Shown: positions 49,501 through 61,670 of the stretch, piece by piece
Position numbering within the stretch: position 1 is the stretch's first letter
How the letters are laid out: each line of letters starts with the position of its first letter
NCBI GenBank assembly: GCA_002633005.1
Contig: NMRA01000264.1
Span: 62,001 to 126,000, forward strand
Origin: Phoronis australis
Taxonomy: Eukaryota > Animalia > Phoronida
DNA: 64,000 nt
Direction of reading: 5' to 3'
Program-made: the position numbers and the translations under genes
The notes under the pieces: generated by a model
The model's database searches: none
What the model saw: only the letters and a program-made list of their open reading frames with translations
Told to the model about the DNA's origin: nothing

Positions 49501-50747
49501 AAACACATGCCACTGACTAGACATTTGAACTGACTTACAAAAAACTGCAAAATAACGTAGTTGCTATTCACGTAACGGACCGATGTGCATTAACACAGGC
49601 GTGACGGGGAATGTATAACATGGCCCGGATCACAGTATTTATTATTATTATATTTATTTATTATAGTGACATAAGGGTGCCAATAAATACAATATCAAAG
49701 ACAGAATATTCACCACACCCCACAGCCTCGATGGGCTTACTCAGTCACCTAATAATAATTAAATCATTACATAACATTTTGCACAAGCTCAAATATGACC
49801 ACTTCAGACCAGTTTATAAGCAAACAATTACTTCTAACCTGCAAAGCGTCTTGAATGAATTTCGCTAGACCTTTCAAGTTATTTTGGAATATTTGAGGTA
49901 GGGCAGAATCCCGTATAAAGTATGGTCGAATGTGAGTATATTTTTCACAGTCAAAAATGAAATGAACTTCATCTATTCCGTCTTTACAAACACGACAAAT
50001 TCGCTCATTCACAGGAATTCCGAAGTACCGCCCCACCTCAACCTCTAATGGTAAAATACCTGCTCTCAATCGAGCTATGACGGAACTCTGAGACACCGGC
50101 AGACGTAAATACTCTTCTACACAATAGTCATTCTTAACTGATTTATATAAGTACAGTTTTGGTTTCTCAGTGATTACTTTTAATCAGTTTAACTCTTCTA
50201 ACTGGAACCTGAATGTTTTGAAGTTTTCGAGAGACACAACTTGCTTGTTCCTGAAATTTTCTAAAAAGTCACACTTCTCCATAATTTTAAATATTGAACT
50301 TGACCAATTACAGGAGTTCCGATGTTTGAGGTCCCATAAAAAGACTTTTTTGCAATTCTGCTTTCATAGAACTAAAAAAAGCCTTTCCCAGTTGCCACTG
50401 ATCACTTCAGTTTTGTTCGTGATTCACTCACCTGTTCATCGCAAAAATCCTCCCGGTCGCCACTCATACCTCCATCGCCTACAAATTATCTTTACTCTCT
50501 CGAAGCATATTTGTGACTACATTTCATTAACCACGATCGATTCGGTGACTTGTGTTTGAGAGCAGAACGCGGGTGTTGATTCGATTTTATTGTTCGTGAT
50601 ATCCGACTACGTTGATTAGCAGCATGAGTTTATAAATATAACATTGGTTTAAAGACAATCAAACTTGCATTTATTTACTCACTGTTCGTCTTCATTTTCA
50701 ACGTCATTTTCATCCTCACCAGGATCAAAACTCTGGTTACAAGCCAT
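36943..50747 (-). CDS. Roco-family LRR-ROC-COR protein fused to a C-terminal FAM111-like trypsin-fold serine protease (6 coding exons, ~1578 codons, one in-frame TAG)
   Basis: complement join(50747-50683, 49426-46104, 45323-45145, 41563-41347, 38255-37939, 37578-36943) totals 4737 nt. All five introns are GT-AG and the phases match (2,1,0,1,0). The start context is ACAATGG. Internal TAG at 47280-47278. Confidence 0.72.
37939..38255 (-). CDS. Protease exon with the catalytic Asp
   Basis: DLDYAVLEL and HFAGHPLGHAK motifs. TTGTTTCAG acceptor and GTATGT donor. Confidence 0.88.
38389..38623. mobile_element. Second copy of the CATGCGCGCACCCAG MITE, in opposite orientation
   Basis: Same TIRs; 5-bp direct repeat TTTTA at 38384-38388 and 38624-38628. 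Confidence 0.85.
39301..39657. mobile_element. Foldback/MITE-like element with ~140-bp imperfect inverted arms
   Basis: TGCAGAAAATTATGAG...GAAAGGGCAACG at the left end is the reverse complement of CGTTGCCCTTTC...CTCATAATTTTCTGCA at the right end. Confidence 0.8.
41347..41563 (-). CDS. Protease exon with the catalytic His
   Basis: SVAKL...GTAFRVGTRYLMTNYHVV, the typical trypsin-like (Trypsin_2/FAM111-type) N-terminal motif. TTTTTTCAG acceptor and GTAAG donor. Confidence 0.88.
42113..44849 (+). mobile_element. Decayed, internally deleted DNA transposon, Academ-like, inside an intron of the Roco-protease gene
   Basis: Imperfect ~150-bp TIRs with TAGTGGAG...CTCCACTA termini. Frameshifted ORF pieces contain DQAHEQ, LISRLFISC, HENQPFP, IIDGSAL, DIAFDVY and a terminal C-x3-CSC-x-C. 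This fits my recollection of the Academ transposase/XPG-like nuclease/Cys-finger protein and its TAG termini. Confidence 0.7.
46104..47277 (-). CDS. End of ROC (G5 VVSSK) and COR domain of the Roco protein
   Basis: Same frame as the upstream ORF. VVSSKSLQGIAEL is followed by LPASW (COR start), LLFPWFL and a C-terminal CPHC...C motif. Donor GTATC after position 46104. Confidence 0.9.
47278..49426 (-). CDS. LRR array plus most of the ROC GTPase domain (Roco/MFHAS1-like)
   Basis: About 20 LxxLxLxxNxL repeats ending in LDGNPL, then the P-loop GETGAGKTS, G3 DFGGH and G4 VGTHSD. Confidence 0.95.
49640..50390 (-). mobile_element. 5'-truncated LINE (non-LTR retrotransposon) 3' end
   Basis: KPKLYLY...ARLRAGILPLEVEVGRY...ERICRVC...DEVHFIFDCEKY is the typical C-terminal Cys/His region of LINE ORF2. 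It contains stops and ends in an (AAT)-rich tail near 49640. Confidence 0.85.
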
Positions 50748-52781
50748 TGTCTCAGTATTTCACTCAGAACTCAGCGACAGCAAATAAAGCTCCTGCGGAA
50801 TACGAAAATGCAAAAGTAATATCTGCTGCAGAGCATGACTCCATCTGTCGGTTATGTCAATATCAATTATTTCAAATCTGGTCACTTATAATCATTCCAA
50901 ATCTTCATCAAATTTTATTTTTGTTACACAGCGAAAGTAAACTGTGCGACTGCTTCATGCAACCAAGCTCTGGGGACTGACTGTTGATATCAATCACTAT
51001 TTGTTTTTTGACTCGGTATCGATACAAACACGTTACTTTTGAGGAGTCATACAGGGAGGCCCCTCCGTGCCTAGACAACAAAAAACACTAAACTTCATGC
51101 CCTAGATGAGTTTTAAGCTTGTATTTCGTCAATCACTTCTGCTCATGCTCCGTAACAATTGTTAAAAATAGGTCAATATTTTTATGCCGTTGTTGTAATA
51201 CACAATACATCCCTATAATAGCTAAATGTTGCTCGGCTTTGGGACATTTTCTGGTTGTATGGGGACATCAATAAAGCCACCTATTATCCGTAGTATAACA
51301 AAACAGGAGAAACAAATACGAACAAGCTAGCTCACGACTTGGCCTACCATGATCCTAAAGGACAGAACCAGTGGTAATTTCATCAAATAAGTTGGTCTTC
51401 TCTGACACACTGTAAGGACATAAATCTTTGAAGTGTCTTTCCAAAATCCGCAATGCATAAAAATAGCAGCAATAACAGCAGGTCCACTTATTAGACATTT
51501 CGAACCTACATACCGAAGTCTAATTACCTTTTTCAATCTAATGATTTACCGGTATATAGGATTCTTAAACTAATGGAAGGGTATACAATACATACTTTCA
51601 AATCTGCCACAACGTTTAGAAACTTGACCTCGTGAAAAGCGTTTGTCAACGATTGCTCTGTGTGTTTCATCAGCAGACATTGGTAATCGATTTATGTCTG
51701 GCGTCATTTCTTACTTTTGACGATGGTCATGAGTCAGGGTATCTGCCAGCTCCACAGACGAGCACGGTTTTGAAATCTACGCTTAGTCCCATGTCTACTA
51801 CAACGGCGATGAACTAGGCAATCTACTACCCCCAGAATGGCAGTAAATATTTTGAGTTTATCCTGCCATTACAAAGTCAAGCGGCAGGTAAATTATGGCT
51901 GCTCATCATTACGAGGCTGCATAATATGTAAAGGCTACTACTGACATAGAAATGGAAAGTGTAGTGCTCCAGTCTAAATATTAAAATCTGAAGCCATTTA
52001 AAGTCTATTCAATTGACCTAAAGACCAAAGTAAGAAAGAGAAGAGAGTGAAATGTTTTCAGATAGTGATAGGAAGTTTTAAATTCAGAAAAGGTTACCAT
52101 GGTTGTTTCTTTGGATGCAGATGCAGCTTGACCTTGCTTGAAATGCGGAAGTTATCCTGTAGTCACATGACTGAGATTCGTATTTACTCAGTATTCGTCG
52201 CAGCTTTGCGGCTCTAACTGTTTACAACCAACTACTACGAAAAGAAAGCGTGGACAACGTTTGAGGTCAAAGGATGTCACGTGCTCCGAGCGCAACTTTC
52301 AAGGGGGCGCGAAAAATGAAAATTGTGGGTGACGACGAAAATTCTTGGCGAGGGACTAACTCCAATTTGACGGCGCTTGTCAAAATTGGTCAGTGACAAC
52401 CCGTAAGGAGGTAGTGCCGTAGGAAGCGGGGGGGCGGGGGGAGGCTCGTGCCCCCCAAAAATTTGTAGTCGTCAGGGTTAAACCATGGCAACCGACATAG
52501 GCTTGGGGTCGAGGACAGTCGAGAAAAGAAAGACTACGAATACGAATAAGAGAGAAAATTCAAGAGAATATTTGACAACTCAGTTTCAGTGCACGGTTTA
52601 CCCTTTGAAGTCCTTAGCCAGGACATTGTTGTTAGGCAGTGGCGGATCTAGGATATCACAAGGGGGGCCAATATTTTGTCTGTAAGCATTTGCGCAAAGC
52701 ACGGTTGTAGATGCGTATAGCATCGAATGGGGAAAAAACAAAAAAACACGGAGAACGTGTCCAACAGAAGACTCTGCATTT

Positions 52782-52843
52782 CCGCAGACTCGAACCCACT
52801 ACCTGGCGGATTGAGCGCGCGTAGTTTACCACTACACCACCAC
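52782..52843 (-). mobile_element. tRNA-derived SINE-like head
   Basis: The minus strand has TGGTGTAGTGGT (A box) and GGTTCGAGTC (B box), without a complete cloverleaf. Confidence 0.45.
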
Positions 52844-55800
52844 GATTTAACTCTTTATAGATTCACATAGACCTACTTGTTTATGGTCCACAACGTTTGC
52901 GCGGGAAACTTACTTCTTTTTGTAATGCGTATTACACCTTTTAAATTTTGTGCAATCAGTTCGTAACAAATTTTTTGTATTTAAAATTGTCTTCCATTGC
53001 CCAAAAGACCAAATCGTGTGGGCAATAATGACGCGATTGCGTTAGAAATCGTATTAAGTTAAGGTTTGACAAAGAGAGAATTATGTTTCTGAGTGATTCA
53101 CTAAGGCTTCGATTAAAATTCACATCTTACCAACAGCTTCTGTTTTTTCATCGTCACTCAGCTTCCATTTTCTTTAAAAAAATGAAGTAATTCTCTTCAT
53201 TGCACAGTGGAGCAGACGACGGAAACAGAGTCGTAGTGTGCAGCGCCACTGCCGGTCTCCTGGGATATCGCGGGAGAGCCTATACATAACCATAGTTCCG
53301 TTACGATTGCGCAGTGTTCCGACTTTGACACTTGAAAATTGGATCTGAGCCCCCCCCNTATGTTAGGGTCTCCGTTTTTGCTGCATATATGAGGGTCGTC
53401 TAGGCGCAATTGAAAACGTGCACTTTATCATTCATACATGTATTTAGAAAAATCGAGAAAATTCGTAAAGCGCAGCTTTTGCAGAGCATATTAATTCATT
53501 GGATTTTTACATTCAATAAGACAATTTTGCAAATGCAGAAATGCAAAATTATATTTTCCAGAGGCCTTTCTCTAGCAAAGGATAACAAAGACAACTGTCG
53601 CTCTATTTTTTCGTGTTTTTTTTTTTCTCTAAATTGTGTATCACTTGACAAAATTGATGGCCTGGCAGATTACCCCAATTGCTGCGCATTTCCTGACTTT
53701 TGAAAATATAGATCTTTTCATATTTATAGCCCAGTTCTTGAAGAGGACATTTGATGACATTCAAGTGGCCACCCTTTTTGTGTATTGATTGGCAAATTCT
53801 TAAGGGGCAGCGCACGAAGAGAGGGTGCAATGTTGGAATCGACTATCAACATTTTCCTGTTTTTTGTGAAATCGTACAACCGGCTTTCATGCCAAAGAAA
53901 GTCACTTCTTCCAAGGTCAACCGACAATGGAATGAACTGTCACTCTTTTCCAAGCTTTATGATGTGTAGCCTTTCATCTTAGGTGTCCCATTTCAGACGG
54001 GACCCCCTCTCGGTGGTGCGGTTCGGGTATCCCTCTATACATGTAAATCTGACACTGCCAAGTCGTCACGAGGGAAAGTTGAGATTCCACTGAAATTCAT
54101 CAAAAACACAGAGCAACCGTGAACAGCACAGCACTATCAAAACATTCGACCCACTCAACCAAAACTGTGAAAAATACAATAGGATTGACCACCATCAAAA
54201 AGTTGGAATTTTGAAGAACGTGAAGATCACTATTTGTGAATTACACAAAAAGGCTACTTCCGATGGTTAGTTATAAATAATAATATATTTTCCCAATAGT
54301 ATCACAAGAATAGTATTACTTTTAAAGTCGTTACTAGGACTTAAAAGTCGTATGTAGATTTTGATTTTTTTGTTTTATACCAATCTGCCTGTAATTGGGT
54401 CACGTTATCAGGACTTTTAAAAAAAAAGAAAGGTAAATTCATTGTACAACAAAGGTATCAATAACATTACCAAATTTCATTTGATATAATTGTTGAAGAT
54501 GAAATCTCAAAAACCCTCTTACAGTTTCCCGGCTAAAATATCGTTTGGTTTTCCTTTTATCCAACCGTTCTTTTTCACAAAACGTATGGAAGTCCTATTT
54601 TTGATATTCCTTGGCCTCGTACAAAACAATTCGTAACAATATTTTGGAGTTCAATGCTCAAAACACAGAATCTGAAAGTGTCATATCAATCGAGACTGCC
54701 ATTTCTGAGATATGACGTTTTGAGATAAGTCAAATTTGGACATTTTCTAATATATCCTTAAAGTATATCTCGTATCGATTGAAACATATCAAATATAGTC
54801 ATTTGTCCTCGATGTTCACATTCAGTTTAGAGCCTTTTAGAAATGATCCGGGGTCCTAACGTTGAAAACAACCCGGGGCCACGTTGAAAAATAATCCTTG
54901 GGGACATATTCAAGGAGTCAAAATCTAAAGCTACATCTAATTTATAGTCCTAGTTCGGGAGTACGGGATTTTCGCCATGATAGTCGAGTAATAACAAGGA
55001 AATCCGGGGATCAGACAGGACACCCGGGGACTGAAACACCACTCCTGCACTAATTTTCTGTCAAACATTGTTTATCTCAAGAAAATATTACCTTTAAAAT
55101 GCTTTGTGTTCATACGACATGTATTCATTTCACATTTTTAAATAGTTGTTGTGACATGTTCTTTTACTATGTGAGAATTTTAGACAAGAGTGTGTCGACA
55201 ATAAATTCCTGTCCTTACAGAGTCTTCATCAATAAGCCATATATCTCTTTGGTCTTCATCATGAAAGTAATCTTATTACCATTACAATCAATAGATGTCG
55301 GTAACAGTCTATGGCAAACTATCTCATTGGGCAAACAGTTGGTATGTGTTTGAAAAGGGATGCAGAAGTACTGTGAATTAAAAAAGGGTATTTTTACAAA
55401 ATGCAACAAAATGAAAACAAAAACTAAATTTCAAGAACAGTCACTTTATTATTATCACTTTATTATTAGCAGCCGTGCAGCGCTTCGGAGTGCTTACCTG
55501 GCTGCTGTGAGAGACATCTATGGATTGTTTTGGAAACCTACGTTGCATTATTCTATGAAAATGTTTCGTATCTGCTACACCCTCATCGGGATTTGGAATG
55601 AAACCAAGACGTAAATTTAATAGAATGTAAGTGTACGTTGACTTTCCTTTGCAGTAGATGCTGATATGTTTTTGATCTACGATACAACAATAACTTGTTA
55701 ATACAAAGAATATATAAAACGCTCATATTAACATATTCAAGAGAATCTCGTCTGCGCCTGTGGGCGAATTTCAGGCACATACTTGTCCTTTAAAAATACC

Positions 55801-56699
55801 GAAGCCGGATCTTGTAAAATTCCGCACACATTGCTGTTCTCTGTCCGATGTCGTAACGAGAACTGTCTATTTAAAAAATGAAATTTTAGTTGCTTGGAGG
55901 TTCTGTTTCTATTGTTTGATTTTGCACGTTTTTCCCTGGATGCCCCCGGCCTGCAGAAGCACTTTAGAAAATTCTTATATTTCTATGTGCTAGGTTTGTA
56001 TACTAAAAACCTCCGACACGTTTGCGTTTGGCTTGAGTACATGCCCCAGCGCAACAAAGACAGTGAATCTACCGACCATGCCCAATCTAACGCGCAAACC
56101 AAATGAGGCACTTACGACAGTAAGACACCCAGATGAGAAACGTTGTGTTTCAACTTAGACTACTAGCTAAATCTAGAGCGATTTAGATATAGGACGACTG
56201 CTTTTTTTTGCTAAATCTAGACCGATTTAGATGTAGGACGAATGTTTTTTAAAATGTCGCTCAACAATTAGATCCGCAAGAACAAGCCCATTACGCGACA
56301 GGCATTACATTAGGGAAATCGATTGCCATGAGCTGTGGGTTGTGATATGCGGTGAACGCACCACATCAAGAACTTTAAAATAATATGAATTAAGAAATTA
56401 ATTTCCTGGTGTATTTCTAGGCGTAACACGTCGATATTTCTGGGGCTCACTGTTTACCGTGTTGAAACTTTGACTCTGCTGGAACAAATACACCCAGGAT
56501 CCGCACTCTGCTACAACCAGTCTACCCTCGCTCGACTGAATAGGCTCAGTACAATCTTAAATACTTTCAGCTTTCAAACAGTCTTCAATTCCTTGTCTGC
56601 TGGCAACGTACTGAATTGATTTGCTCGTTTTTGGCTTTTCGCATTTAGAAAGGTAAATAACATGTAAAACGCCGTTTGCTTGTTATTTTGTTATTTTGT

Positions 56700-56968
56700 T
56701 AGTACTATTATCATCATCGTCATCATCATCATTATCATCATCATCCATTAGCATCATCATCAATCATCATCATCGTCGTCATCATCATCATCATCAGCAT
56801 CTTTATCATCATTATCGTCACCATAATCATCTTCTTCTTCATCATCATCATCGTCACCATCATCATTATCATCATCATCATCATAATAATCATCATCACC
56901 ATCATCATCATTATTATCAACATCACCATAACCTTCACTATCATCATCATCATCACCATCACCATCAC

Positions 56969-57004
<36 letters not shown>

Positions 57005-57060
57005 CATTATTATTGTCATTGTCGTTGTTGTTGCTGTTATTGTTGTTGTTGTTCTTCTTC
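56700..57060. repeat. Compound trinucleotide microsatellite (CAT)n/(TAT)n/(TGT)n
   Basis: Directly visible in the sequence. Confidence 0.97.
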
Positions 57061-60000
57061 TACAGTCAAATCAGTCCAAATCTAACAATTTCTTGGCGGT
57101 TCTAGTATGGACAAAAACGAATGTACAGTCTGCATGTTAACCGGACATAACTGTTGAATGGAATAGACGTCTAGCTTTGATGAGAGATATAAACAACACA
57201 GTCCGTTTGGTTTTGGAATTTTGTTACAGATTTTCCACCATATATTTAGTTACTGAAATTAAGGTATCAAAACAAATTATCATATAACTGAGGTGTTCAC
57301 TCTGTGCCCTTGCTAACGCGGAGGATTGGTCTTTGTGACTACGTTTTTGACTCCATTTTACTGACAAGTAAGGAAAGACTGGAATCAGAAATACTAGGAA
57401 TTGTATGACTGTCTAAACCGGCTTGAAGGGTCTTTGGGCAAAGCAGAGATTGTCTGTAAATGACGTTTGCTGACTTAAGGTTCTACGACAAGCAGAACTA
57501 GAGCATTCCATAGAAGCAAGACTCTCATGAAAGACCAAGATCACGCAAGATCATGCCGCATCGCGCAAAACCACGCCAATGAAAGGCAAGTGATTCAGGT
57601 GTACGTTCAAAACCTTGCACAATGGCGGCCAATGAAGTGATTGGTCGGCACGGAAAGAATTTTTTTCGTTGGAAGACAGTGTCCATGATCCTAGCAATAC
57701 CACAACATGTGATAAAGTTTCTTTGTGGGAATATGAAAATGCCAAGTTCTTGATTTCGTCTTCAACATTCAAACGCTTTGAACAGATGTACAAAAGTGTA
57801 GCGTGCACAATACGAAGACATTATATAAGTGTGGAGATTGGCATTTTATCGCTGTATCAATTTGCGTTAAACTCTTAGTTGAGAGAACTTGAAAGCATAT
57901 TAGAAAAGCGATTAAAAATTCACTACCGATCCAATATTCCACTATATTATTTTTCAAATTTCGTGCTCATGGCCTTCTGAAAAACGAAATCGACAATTTG
58001 CCATATGCAATTTACACCTGATATGCGTCTCACAAACAATGTGTATTGCAGTTCACATACCTTATACACTGGCGTCACACACTGGTGTGCAATACACAAG
58101 CGTATATTATAAAAAGTATTCGGATATTTTAGCAACAAATTAGTATGCTTAGTTATTCGATATTCCACTTTCACAATCAGGGTCTTGTTTTATTGTTGTC
58201 GGAGACCCGCGGTTACACAATTCAAATGCGCAATACAATAGACCCTGGGGGTGACTAGATGACGTTTTCGCAAAATACACAGTGAACTCGTATTACTTTA
58301 TACTCCGTTAATTTACTAGCTACCCACTCGCTGTAGGCAATATCAGTTATCGACTTAATGTTTTCCCTGTGGTCTGATGAGACGCACGTGATTGTGAAAC
58401 CTGTAGAGTGCAGCAGCGGATCCAGGATTTAGTTCAGAGGGTCCACAGGGACAGACATAGGGAGTGTTTGAGGATCCTCATTACAAAGCAGGGCAGTCCG
58501 AACCCCCAGACCTCCGTTGGAGCCGGGTCTGCAGGAGTAAAAATAAAATTTTACAATATTGTAGAGTTTAAATCGGCCCCCATAAGTATAAAATAGTAAA
58601 AAGTTTTAACACTTGAAAACGTTTTTCAAGGTCCTGTAGTTTTATTGAGTGATACAATTTGGACGCCGTATGAAAATAAAATTAGCATAATTAAGCCAGA
58701 AATTCATTAGCATTAAAGAAAGTTAACTGGCATATTTTTCAATCATTCACATAATGTGTGGCAAATTTCCAAGAGTAATTTCTGGGAAAACTTATCTTAC
58801 GGGAGTAACAAGATCGATAAAACCAATCGAAAAGGTAGGTTTCATGCCGAACTAAAAACAACTATTGTATTCCTTTCTTGAAAGTTTTCATTCTAGCGCT
58901 TCTTTTAAGTTCAATTTGCATTTCTCTCTTTTAACCAAAAGTATTGAAATTTCAGTAAGTGTTTCTTAGGTTTTGACATCAGAGTAAAGCGCGTAATGGT
59001 TTAAGACAGTGCTGTCATGAAGAGGATTATTAGGTTTTATAATTTTGATTTGATCAATCCGCTTACATTCATTCAGCGGTAGTAATCTTTAATACAAACA
59101 CGAATCCCTTTCTTTGTCTGATTCTAGCCAACTCATTTACACGTGTCTTAGCGCATACAGTCGGTCCGGATTGCTTCATGCAGCGGAACTCGGCTCGTTA
59201 TTACCTGAATACCGTTGTATACACCTGTCCTGTTTAATAACTACCTCGCATGCCGCCCTCCTTATAATCGCATTCACTTTGCCGTCTTTATGTGACACAC
59301 TATCTGTATAATTGAGAAATTTATGTATAATTCTAAATACGATTCATTATATACCAGTTAAACTAGAGAACGTCAAAATCCACAAAATATGCAGACGACA
59401 GCACAGGTTGCATTGTCCGCTGACAATCACCTGCTTTTCTGGCCAATCAGTACTCGACTAGTCACTGCTTATGCTCCGCCCCAATGCCCCACAAAAGGAA
59501 GGCGCGAAAATCCGACCAGCTGTTTCAAGGTTGATCATTCCAATAAAGAGAAGAAGAGATGGTTTTCTTTGTTATTGCTATTGTGTCCATAATTATGTGT
59601 TGATTATTGTCCACGTGGTGATTAAAGGAAAACGACACTAAAGCGCAAAATACTAGTGAAAGTCTCCACCGAAAATAGTACAGGAGCCCTATTGTGGATT
59701 GGCGTAATAGTTAGCTGAATTTACTTCTCGAAAACTTGCATTCTTACACCTACGTATATTGTTTATGAACAGTGCGCGCTGTACGACTTTTGTATTGCTC
59801 ACAATGTCGGCGATAAAAATCCTATCGTTTGCGCGAGTTCACGAAAAAAATGCATTCGGTGTGCTATCAATTACATTGTTGCCGATAAAAAAAATCGCGA
59901 GGCCTCCCGACAAAAAATCGTATCGTGTAGTCTGACATTTATGTAATAGTACTGGTTGCTTTATTATTTATTAAGTATACTTTCTGAAGAGCTGTTTCAA

Positions 60001-61615
60001 AATTTAGACAAGCACACGTTCAGTATAAGTGAATCTTGTAAGCTCAACACAGGTTATAATCGAACCCGGAATAAATACGACCAGGATATTTTTAGAAGCC
60101 TAGTTCATCAATTAGCCAGTGTAAATTGAAAACAACGGAGGCTCTAATATTAGCTTTCGCTTCCCTTTTCTTTCTTTCCACAAAACTACGCGAGAGTTGG
60201 AATCTCTCCTTGTTTTTACTGGCAAATATTGTTTCACCTTGCAGCAAATTATATCCATTTCGTCTGAAGCGTGTGTATAGTGCACGGTTACGTTGTTCGG
60301 TCTACAGCATTGTCACCACTGTGTTGTTACTAAGGATCTTTATGTAAACGACAAAATTCTTTAATAAAAGTGTTGGACAAAAACGGTTTATGCTGATTAT
60401 AGCTTACAGAGTCCTCTCATGAGTTCGGAATGACACATTCTGTTACATAGGTTCACAATGTTTGTCGTTCTAAGTTCTGAGGAAGCTAGAACTGGTAGAA
60501 GTCAGTGTTTTGCTCAACAGCACAGTTAAAGAAAATTTGTAGCCAATATAAACAAATTTTAAACAGTAAAGTAGCAAATTTTTACATTTTGATGTACTTG
60601 TCTGTTTGCCTTTACATCCAAATCTCAGATCTATCACAGAACGTGGGAATTTCTCACCCATACCATAAACGATGAGGACGGGTGACATTCGGCGACTGTA
60701 CGAAAAACAATAGGTCGAAAGGTCCTTAACGATAAAATGGTGATTCAGTATTGTTAAATTGGCTCTTATGAGCAAGCGGTGGATTGCCAGCTAAAGTGTC
60801 CACGTGCCACTGCTGCTCGTTGAGCTAAATCGGCGTATCGCACGAATACAATTAGGTTTACCCAGAAGACCGAATCAAAACCGGCATCGTCAAAAACACG
60901 CTGGTAAATCGGTAAACAGATACACACACTGTTCCTATTCACCGTGATTTTATGCTTTAATCATGTCTGGGCCACAATAGACTTACCAAGTTTATTTACT
61001 GTTCCTAGCTAAAGGCACGTGCCTTTTACTGTGTCACGCACCTGTATTGCTATCGATTGGTGAGACTTGGATTGTTTCGCGAGCTCCATATGTCAATTAA
61101 CTTGTAAATGCAGGGATTTATTGTCACGAAACCGACAGTCTGGCACACGACTGGCTGCGAGCTATGCAAACATGCATTACTAAGTCGAAGTAACCACGCC
61201 TTCTCATCGATATGCCGAAGACGGCAGTTTCGAAGTCAGTCGTAAATAAGAATATTCCGTAGGTAAAGGAATGACGTTTTGTCAGAATTACATCGTGGAG
61301 GAAAACCAGTGATAACGGTAGAATTGTGATTAAAGGTGAGACGGTCAATGTTCCGGGTACAAGCATTGTTCGATATATCTGTCAACAATCGATTTCATGA
61401 TAAGCAGACGTCAAATTCTGTCAACGATAGCAGGTACACTTACAGAGGGAGAGAGATAGAGAACACGAGCTGTATTTAACATTGAGCTAACTGCTCGGCT
61501 CCCAATATCACTGGGTTGTTTTCCACATATTTGAGATGTTCATCAATTTGTTTTACCAGGGAAGAGGATGAAAGAAGAGTGACCATTAACGAAGGGTTAC
61601 ACGCGTAGAGTGGAG

Positions 61616-61670
61616 ATGGGTCGCGTCGTGCAAGGAATAGTATTGGTGCTAGCAGTCAGCCTTACGAGAG
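61616..61670 (+). CDS. Probable first coding (signal-peptide) exon of another secreted or membrane protein gene, likely continuing beyond the window
   Basis: TTTTACCAG acceptor at 61559 and GAGATGG start context. Encodes MGRVVQGIVLVLAVSLTR-G with a phase-1 AG|GTACGT donor. No downstream exon was identified. Confidence 0.5.

Noticed and set aside
20086-50747. Idea that the neighbouring protease matures the knottin precursors
   Set aside because: The Roco-protease has no signal peptide and has an NLS-like motif, while the knottins are secretory. Adjacency alone is not evidence in an animal genome.
56696-57085. His-rich and Met/Ile-rich ORFs
   Set aside because: These are translations of a trinucleotide microsatellite, with no supporting gene structure.
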